Positions 33,722 through 39,842 of a stretch of 39,842 nt of DNA are shown here, in pieces (position 1 is the stretch's first letter; each line of letters begins with the position of its first letter). The DNA is from an uncultured Aquificales bacterium. GTDB lineage: Bacteria > Thermosulfidibacterota > Thermosulfidibacteria > Thermosulfidibacterales > Thermosulfidibacteraceae. Location: the NCBI GenBank assembly GCA_964411615.1, contig CAYPLO010000007.1, positions 1-39,842 of the forward strand, given 5' to 3'. A program made the translations under genes and the position numbers. The notes beneath the pieces were generated by a model. That model worked only from the letters and a program-made list of their open reading frames with translations, was not told the DNA's origin and did not search any database.

Positions 33722-35206
33722 ATGGAGCGTGTCTGTATCCTTGATACCACCTTGAGGGACGGGGCCCAGTCTCCCTTGGTCTCCTTCACCGTGCGGGAGA
33801 GGGTGGAGCTGGCAAAGGCTCTGGTGGAGCTCGGGGTGGACGTTATAGACTGCGGGTATCCCGCCATGAACAGGGAAGAGGAGGAGGCGGTTAGGGCCCT
33901 GGTATCTGAGGTTGAGGGGCCTGTGCTCTCGGTCCTTGCAAAGCCCAAGGAGGGCGAGGTTGAGCTGGCCATCAGGCTGCTTGAGGGGAAGAGGGGGCGC
34001 GTGCACATACCCATTCCCACATCGGAGATAAGGCTCGCCTTTGCAGCGGAGGGGGGCAGGGAGGAGCAGCTCAAAAGGGCCCTGCCCCTGGTTAGGGAAG
34101 TTAAAAAGGCCGGTCTTGAGGTGGAGGTGACCTTAGAGGACAGCTTCAGGGCGGACAGGTCCTATCTGTCTGAAGTTGCACAGTCGGTTGTTGAAGCGGG
34201 AGCGGATGTTGTGAACGTGTCCGATACCGTTGGCATCGCCACCCCGGAGATGGTGGGGGAGCTTGTGGAGTATCTCAAGGCTTATGTGGGGGATGCCGTC
34301 TTGAGTATCCACTGCCACGATGACCTGGGAATGGCCACCGCCAATACCTTTGCCGCTCTGATTGCAGGTGCCAGGCAGGCCCACCTCACCATAGGGGGTG
34401 TGGGTACCAGAGCTGGCAATGCGGCCCTTGAGGAGGTGGTGGTGGCACTGAGGATTCATCAGGAGAGGCTGGGCCTCACAACGGGGGTGGACCTCTCAAA
34501 GCTGTACAGGACCGCCCGCATATTCTCCAAGATAACGGGCTACCCCGTACCGCCTCACAAGGCCGTTGTGGGGGATGCGGTCTTCCAGCACAAGGTTGAG
34601 TACATGAGGCTTGCGGTGGTGAGAGAGCCCAGAACCTACGAGATAATAGACCCGGAGATGGTGGGCTATCCGAGGCAGCGCATAACTCTCTCCAAGCGTT
34701 CCGGAAAGTACATGTTCCGCAAGAAGGTGGAGGAGCTCGGTTACTCCCTCAGCGAGGAGGAGCTTGAGAGGGCCTTTGCCAGGTTCAAGGAGCTTGCCGA
34801 GAAGAAGGCGGAAGTTTACGACAGCGATGTTGTGGCCATAGTGGAGGATACGCTTCTTTCCACCCACAGCAGGCTGAGGCTCCTATCCTACTCGGTTAGC
34901 ACGGGTTCTGAGGAGGGGGCCAGGGCCAAGGTGAAGCTTCTGATAAACGATATAGAGGTGGAGACGGAATCCTCAGGGGATGGCCCCGTTGATGCGGCCT
35001 TCAGGGCCATAGATGAGGCTGTTGGGCTTATGGGGAGGCTGGTGGACTACAGGGTGAATGCGGTGAGCTCCGGCAAAGATGCCCTGGGGGAGGTCTTCAT
35101 AAGGGTCCTCTTCAAGGGTAAAGAGTTTACCGGCAGGGCCATAGGGACCGATATCCTTCAGGCCAGCATAGAGGCCTACATAAATGCGGTGAACAAGGCG
35201 ATGTAG
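33722..35206 (+). CDS. leuA: 2-isopropylmalate synthase-like protein (DRE-TIM fold plus LeuA allosteric domain), divergent active site
   Basis: [30 protein letters not shown]-terminal [26 protein letters not shown]; upstream of leuCDB. Confidence 0.75.
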   Translation: MERVCILDTTLRDGAQSPLVSFTVRERVELAKALVELGVDVIDCGYPAMNREEEEAVRALVSEVEGPVLSVLAKPKEGEVELAIRLLEGKRGRVHIPIPTSEIRLAFAAEGGREEQLKRALPLVREVKKAGLEVEVTLEDSFRADRSYLSEVAQSVVEAGADVVNVSDTVGIATPEMVGELVEYLKAYVGDAVLSIHCHDDLGMATANTFAALIAGARQAHLTIGGVGTRAGNAALEEVVVALRIHQERLGLTTGVDLSKLYRTARIFSKITGYPVPPHKAVVGDAVFQHKVEYMRLAVVREPRTYEIIDPEMVGYPRQRITLSKRSGKYMFRKKVEELGYSLSEEELERAFARFKELAEKKAEVYDSDVVAIVEDTLLSTHSRLRLLSYSVSTGSEEGARAKVKLLINDIEVETESSGDGPVDAAFRAIDEAVGLMGRLVDYRVNAVSSGKDALGEVFIRVLFKGKEFTGRAIGTDILQASIEAYINAVNKAM

Positions 35207-35219
35207 GAGGTTTTGCTTC

Positions 35220-36479
35220 ATGGGGATGACCATTGCGGAGAAGATACTGGCGGCTAAGTGCGGCAAAGATAGGGTTGTGCCTGGTGAGCTGATAATGGCC
35301 AGGATAGATATAGCCCTGGCCAACGATGTGACCGCTCCTCTTGCCATAAAGGCCTTTGAGGAGGTGGGTGCGGAGGATGTCTTTGATAAGGACAGGATAG
35401 CCCTGGTTCCCGACCACTTCACCCCCAACAAGGACATAAAGGCGGCCCAGCAGGCCAAGATGGTGAGGGAGTTCGCAAGAAGGTTCAACATCACCCACTA
35501 CTTTGAGGTGGGAAGGGTTGGGATAGAGCATGCCCTTTTGCCTGAGCAGGGGATAGTGGTTCCGGGGGACCTGGTGATAGGGGCCGACTCCCATACCTGC
35601 ACCTACGGTGCCCTTGGAGCCTTCGCCACAGGGGTTGGCTCCACAGACCTGGGCTGTGCCATGGCCACCGGTGAGGTGTGGCTGAAGGTTCCCCCCACCA
35701 TAAGGTTTGAGGTTGAGGGAAAGAGGCAGAGGTACGTCACAGGTAAGGACATAATCCTGCACATCATAGGGATGATAGGGGTTGACGGTGCCCGCTACAG
35801 GGCCATGGAGTTTGCAGGGGAGGCCATCAGGGAGCTTCCCATGGACGAAAGGTTCACCATCTGCAACATGGCCATAGAGGCTGGGGGCAAGACCGGTATA
35901 ATAGAGCCCGACGAGATTACCAGAAGCTACGTTGAAGGCAGAGCCAGGAGAGAGCCTGTGTACTACAGCTCGGACCCCGATGCCGAATACGAGAAGGTTT
36001 ACAGGGTGGATGTGAGTTCCCTTGAGCCTGTGGTGGCCCTTCCCCACCTTCCGGAGAACGTGAAGCCGGTGAGGGAGGTGGGAACCATAGAGATAGACCA
36101 GGTGGTTATAGGCTCCTGCACCAACGGCAGAATCACAGACCTCAGGCAGGCGGCGGAGATACTCAGGGGGAGGAAGGTCCATCCCAGGGTTCGCCTCATT
36201 GTGATACCCGCCACCCAGGCCATATACAGGCAGGCCCTTGAGGAAGGGCTCTTTGAGGTGTTTCTGGAGGCAGGAGCGGTGATATCTCCCCCAACCTGCG
36301 GTCCGTGCCTGGGAGGGCACATGGGGGTTCTGGCCGAGGGTGAGAGGGCCGTTGCCACCACCAACAGAAACTTCGTGGGCAGGATGGGACATCCCAAAAG
36401 CGAGGTGTACCTGGCCAGCCCATACGTGGCCGCTGCTTCAGCTGTGGCAGGCTACATAGCCCATCCAGACGACTTGTGA
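35220..36479 (+). CDS. leuC: 3-isopropylmalate dehydratase large subunit (short LeuC/HacA-type)
   Basis: [43 protein letters not shown]. Confidence 0.95.
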   Translation: MGMTIAEKILAAKCGKDRVVPGELIMARIDIALANDVTAPLAIKAFEEVGAEDVFDKDRIALVPDHFTPNKDIKAAQQAKMVREFARRFNITHYFEVGRVGIEHALLPEQGIVVPGDLVIGADSHTCTYGALGAFATGVGSTDLGCAMATGEVWLKVPPTIRFEVEGKRQRYVTGKDIILHIIGMIGVDGARYRAMEFAGEAIRELPMDERFTICNMAIEAGGKTGIIEPDEITRSYVEGRARREPVYYSSDPDAEYEKVYRVDVSSLEPVVALPHLPENVKPVREVGTIEIDQVVIGSCTNGRITDLRQAAEILRGRKVHPRVRLIVIPATQAIYRQALEEGLFEVFLEAGAVISPPTCGPCLGGHMGVLAEGERAVATTNRNFVGRMGHPKSEVYLASPYVAAASAVAGYIAHPDDL

Positions 36480-36489
36480 GGAGGAGAGC

Positions 36490-36987
36490 ATGCACCTTAG
36501 GGGCAAGGTCTGGAAGTTTGGGGACCATATTGACACCGATGTGATAATACCCGCCAGGTATCTGAATACATCGGACCCTTACGAGCTTGCGAGGCACTGT
36601 ATGGAGGATGCAGACCCCAGCTTTGCGTCAAAGGTGAGCCGCGGAGACATAATAGTTGCCGGGGAGAACTTTGGATGCGGAAGCTCAAGGGAGCATGCCC
36701 CCATAGCAATAAAGTACTCAGGGGTCTCCTGCGTGGTGGCCAAGAGTTTTGCCCGCATATTCTACAGGAACGCCATCAACACCGGTCTTCCCATAGTGGA
36801 GGCTCCTGAGGCGGTTGACGAGATAGACCAGGGGGATGAGATAGAGGTCCTTCTGGACAGGGGGATACTGAGGAACCTGACAAAGGGCAGGGAGTACAGC
36901 TTCCAGCCCCTTCCCGATTTCATGATGGGCCTTCTTAAGGCTGGTGGGCTCATCCCCTTTGTGAGGGAGAGGCTGGGGAGGAGGTAG
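36490..36987 (+). CDS. leuD: 3-isopropylmalate dehydratase small subunit
   Basis: [34 protein letters not shown]. Confidence 0.95.
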   Translation: MHLRGKVWKFGDHIDTDVIIPARYLNTSDPYELARHCMEDADPSFASKVSRGDIIVAGENFGCGSSREHAPIAIKYSGVSCVVAKSFARIFYRNAINTGLPIVEAPEAVDEIDQGDEIEVLLDRGILRNLTKGREYSFQPLPDFMMGLLKAGGLIPFVRERLGRR

Positions 36988-36991
36988 GGCC

Positions 36992-38074
36992 ATGGCCTTC
37001 AAGGTGGCGGTTCTTCCCGGAGACGGGATAGGTCCTGAGGTGATGGAGCAGGCCCTTAAGGTTCTGGATAAGGTCTCTTCAAGGTTCAATGTGGATTTTG
37101 AGTTCAGGGAGGCCCTCATAGGGGGCGTTGCCATAGATGAGAAAGGGGAGGCCTTCCCCCAGGAGACTAAGGAGGTCTGCGACTGGGCCGATGCCATACT
37201 CTTTGGAGCGGTGGGAGGTCCGAAGTGGGAGAGCCTCCCTCCTGAGAAGCAGCCCGAGAGGGCGGCCCTTCTTCCCATACGCAAGCGTTACGAGCTGTTT
37301 GCGAACCTCAGGCCCGCCATAGTGTTTCCCGCACTCATCCACGCCTCTCCGTTGAAGAGGGAGGTGTTGGGGGATAGGGGCTTTGACATCCTGGTGGTGA
37401 GGGAACTCACAGGGGGCATCTACTTCGGACAGCCCAAGGGCATCTTTGAAGAGGATGGCCACAAAAAAGGGGTTGATACCTTGGTCTATTACGACTGGGA
37501 GATAGAGCGCATAGCAAAGGTGGCCTTTGATGCGGCCATGAAGCGTTCAAAGCGGGTGGCCTCCATAGACAAGGCCAACGTTCTCACCTCCATGGTGCTG
37601 TGGAGAGAGGTGGTGGAGAGGGTTGCTGAGGACTATCCAGAGGTGGAGCTGAGGCATCTGTACGTGGACAACGCATCTATGCAGCTCATAAGGGACCCCC
37701 ATCAGTTTGACGTGATACTGGCAGGGAACATGTTTGGTGATATCCTGTCTGATGAAGCCGCCATGCTGACGGGCTCCATAGGGATGCTCCCCTCTGCCAG
37801 CCTGGGGGAGGGAAAGGGCCTCTACGAGCCCGTTCACGGTTCCGCTCCCGATATAGCAGGTAAAGGTATAGCCAACCCCTGCGCCATGATACTCTCTGCG
37901 GCCATGATGCTCAGGTACTCCTTTGGCCTTTCTGAGGCGGCGGATGCCGTTGAGAGGGCTGTGAGGGAGGTGCTGGATGAGGGCTTCAGAACCCCCGACC
38001 TTTACAGGGGCGGTGAAGGCGAGGTGAAGGTTGGCACATCAGAGATGGGAAGCCGCATAGCAGACAGGATATGA
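36992..38074 (+). CDS. leuB: 3-isopropylmalate dehydrogenase
   Basis: [59 protein letters not shown]. Confidence 0.98.
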   Translation: MAFKVAVLPGDGIGPEVMEQALKVLDKVSSRFNVDFEFREALIGGVAIDEKGEAFPQETKEVCDWADAILFGAVGGPKWESLPPEKQPERAALLPIRKRYELFANLRPAIVFPALIHASPLKREVLGDRGFDILVVRELTGGIYFGQPKGIFEEDGHKKGVDTLVYYDWEIERIAKVAFDAAMKRSKRVASIDKANVLTSMVLWREVVERVAEDYPEVELRHLYVDNASMQLIRDPHQFDVILAGNMFGDILSDEAAMLTGSIGMLPSASLGEGKGLYEPVHGSAPDIAGKGIANPCAMILSAAMMLRYSFGLSEAADAVERAVREVLDEGFRTPDLYRGGEGEVKVGTSEMGSRIADRI

Positions 38075-38832
38075 GCCGGGAGCTCAAGCTACGCTGGATA
38101 ACCGCCCTTGTAGCCATAGCCGTTGTGGCGTGGGGGCTCTTCTCCCCTTCGGTGGTTCCCCTTTACCTTATAGCCCTTGTGGTGGCCGTTGTTGGGTGCT
38201 GGGAGGCCTCAAGGCTTGTGGGTCTCTCCCTCGACGATACGGTGGTCTCCATGGTCTCTTCGGCTCTGCTTCTGCTGTCAGGGGCCTCGGCCAAACTTGT
38301 GCTGGCCCTTTTCTCCATATACATCCCCTTTGTCTGGCAGGGTCTCAAGCTGTTTTCCGACTATGAGGTTTCCAAGGGCTGGCTCTTCCCCTTGGTCTAT
38401 GTGGCCGTGCCCCTTGCCGTGGCCCTTTACATGAAGGCGACGGGTAACGTACTCCTGCTCATCGCTGTGGCTGCCTGTGTTTGGGCGGGTGATGCCGCCG
38501 CCTACTTTGCAGGCAGGAGATTCGGTAGAACCCCTCTGAATCCGGTGAGCCCTAAAAAGACCGTTGAAGGGGCCGTTGCGGGTCTGGTTGTGGGAACCCT
38601 TGCCTTCTTTATACCGGCTGTTCTGTTTGCCGGGTGTGGTCCGATAAGTGCTATCCTCTTTGGACTTCTCGTGAACGCCTCGGGGCAGCTCGGGGACCTC
38701 TTCGAGTCGTATCTGAAGCGTAAGGCTGGCGTTAAGGACTCCGGCTCCTTCTTTCCGGGACACGGCGGGGTGCTGGACAGGGTGGACAGCCTCCTTTTCG
38801 CCTTGGTTGTGGCCTCCATCATTTATCTGTGA
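38071..38832 (+). CDS. cdsA: Phosphatidate cytidylyltransferase
   Basis: Multi-[41 protein letters not shown]. Confidence 0.95.
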   Translation: MSRELKLRWITALVAIAVVAWGLFSPSVVPLYLIALVVAVVGCWEASRLVGLSLDDTVVSMVSSALLLLSGASAKLVLALFSIYIPFVWQGLKLFSDYEVSKGWLFPLVYVAVPLAVALYMKATGNVLLLIAVAACVWAGDAAAYFAGRRFGRTPLNPVSPKKTVEGAVAGLVVGTLAFFIPAVLFAGCGPISAILFGLLVNASGQLGDLFESYLKRKAGVKDSGSFFPGHGGVLDRVDSLLFALVVASIIYL

Positions 38833-38869
38833 GGGGTATTGCCTGCTGCCCCTCTTTGGGATATATAAT
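38831..38869 (+). promoter_or_regulatory. Putative tRNA-Ala/Val promoter overlapping a weak terminator-like hairpin after cdsA
   Basis: Perfect TATAAT 38864-38869; TTGCCT at 38839-38844 (19 bp spacer, atypical); hairpin GAGGGGTA/TGCCCCTC plus TTT at 38831-38857. Confidence 0.45.
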
Positions 38870-38882
38870 CAACAGACCGTGT

Positions 38883-38955
38883 GGGCGGTTAGCTCAGGTG
38901 GGAGAGCGCTACCCTCGCACGGTAGAGGCCGCCGGTTCGAATCCGGCACCGTCCA
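38883..38955 (+). tRNA. tRNA-Ala (anticodon CGC), CCA not encoded
   Basis: Acceptor GGGCGGT/ACCGTCC with G3:U70 alanine identity pair and A73; anticodon arm CTACC-CT CGC AC-GGTAG; GTTCGAATC. Confidence 0.95.
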
Positions 38956-38961
38956 TAGGGT

Positions 38962-39036
38962 GGGCGATTAGCTCAGGGGGAGAGCGCTCCCCTCACAAGG
39001 GAGAGGTCGGAGGTTCAAATCCTCCATCGCCCACCA
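38962..39036 (+). tRNA. tRNA-Val (anticodon CAC)
   Basis: Acceptor GGGCGAT/ATCGCCC, ACCA end; anticodon arm CTCCC-CT CAC AA-GGGAG; GTTCAAATC. Confidence 0.96.
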
Positions 39037-39801
39037 TTATCTTATCTTCTGGTAGGTTCTGAGGAGTCTCTCCCTTAGGATGTCTTTTATCTGTTCTTCC
39101 TGGTGTCTCAGTGGCTTCAGGGGTATCAGGTCCAGGACGTAGTCCCTGTCCATTCCGGATGTGTAGAGCAGCTCCAGTGCACCTGAGGTGGCCTTGTATA
39201 CCGCCTCATGGGCCTCATCCTTTGAAAGACCGAGCTGCTGGGCAATCTTCTCCACCTCCATAAGCTGGAACCAGAAGTAGGTGGGAAGAGCCGCCGATGC
39301 TATCACGAAGGCCTCAAGCTTCTTTTCCTCAACCTCCACAACGTCTCCCAGATGCCTTAGGAGACTCACGATGTTCTCCCTCTCTTTACTGAGCTGCTCT
39401 GGTATGTGGACCGGGTTGAAGCCCCTGTTTATGATGGAGGGGGCGTTGGGAATCATCCTTGCAATCCTGCTGAAACCTCCCAAGAGCTCTGAAAGCTGTG
39501 ATATACGGTACTTTGGAGCCAAGGAGATGACGATGGCCTTCTCCTTCAGGGCCCCCTTTATCTGGTTCAGGACCTCCTCCATGACTGTGAAGGGCACCGA
39601 CAGAAACACAAGCTCCTGTGAAGCCGCCCTTCTGTTGTCTGTGGTGGTCTCTATTCCTTGGTGTATCCCTTTTAGTAGCTCAAGGGCCGCTGTGTCGGTA
39701 TCGCTCACCACCACCTTATCCGGCAGGGCCCCGGCCCTTCTGAACCCTTCCAGAAGAATCCTGGTGGCCCTTCCACCTCCCACAAAACCCCAGCTCCTCA
39801 C
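39037..39801 (-). CDS. Pyrroline-5-carboxylate reductase-like NAD(P)-binding oxidoreductase
   Basis: Rossmann GFVGGG, VISLAP, ARMIPNAP, VEVEEKKLEAF; GTG start after GGAGGTGG SD; lacks the ProC C-terminal SPGGTT motif. Confidence 0.78.
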   Translation of the reverse strand: MRSWGFVGGGRATRILLEGFRRAGALPDKVVVSDTDTAALELLKGIHQGIETTTDNRRAASQELVFLSVPFTVMEEVLNQIKGALKEKAIVISLAPKYRISQLSELLGGFSRIARMIPNAPSIINRGFNPVHIPEQLSKERENIVSLLRHLGDVVEVEEKKLEAFVIASAALPTYFWFQLMEVEKIAQQLGLSKDEAHEAVYKATSGALELLYTSGMDRDYVLDLIPLKPLRHQEEQIKDILRERLLRTYQKIR

Positions 39802-39842
39802 AGCTCCACCTCCTTATTGAGTTTCGCCGTTATTATATGCTA

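Noticed and set aside
38829..39062. 77-aa plus-strand ORF
   Set aside because: It overlaps tRNA-Ala and tRNA-Val; spurious.
22407..39842. Integrative element or prophage at the tRNA genes
   Set aside because: No integrase, and no convincing duplicate of a tRNA 3' end in the window; the 9-nt CCTCCGCCA match inside rplO is coding coincidence.

Overview
Dense, mostly + strand housekeeping window from a bacterium with a thermophile-like signature (AGG/ATA-rich codons, E/K/R-rich proteins, many overlapping genes; the lifestyle is inference). Positions 1-14891 hold the 3' end of tuf and the complete S10-spc-alpha cluster (rpsJ..rplQ with secY, adk, map, infA, rpmJ, rpoA). This runs with no visible terminator into trmFO-accD-rph-phoH-pgpH-like-ybeY and a family III CoA-transferase (to 22406). 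Next are a minus-strand sensory pair (NarX/PilJ-domain chemoreceptor and an orphan solute-binding-domain histidine kinase), two tRNA-Ser genes, a trp leader peptide and attenuator, trpEGDCFBA, aspC, a divergent leuA, leuCDB, cdsA, tRNA-Ala(CGC), tRNA-Val(CAC) and a convergent ProC-like gene. The most notable element is the trp leader (26232-26386). It encodes MRFAVINMNWWWQVP and is followed by two tandem intrinsic terminators. Base-pairing suggests a six-segment 'domino' switch (1:2/3:4/5:6 versus 2:3/4:5), and the leader appears to be transcribed from the upstream tRNA-Ser promoter. Other oddities are a LeuA lacking two conserved active-site motifs, a YbeY with His->Asp at the third metal ligand, and a probably leaderless histidine kinase mRNA. 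No mobile element or CRISPR array was seen. All calls come from reading motifs by eye; no searches were run.
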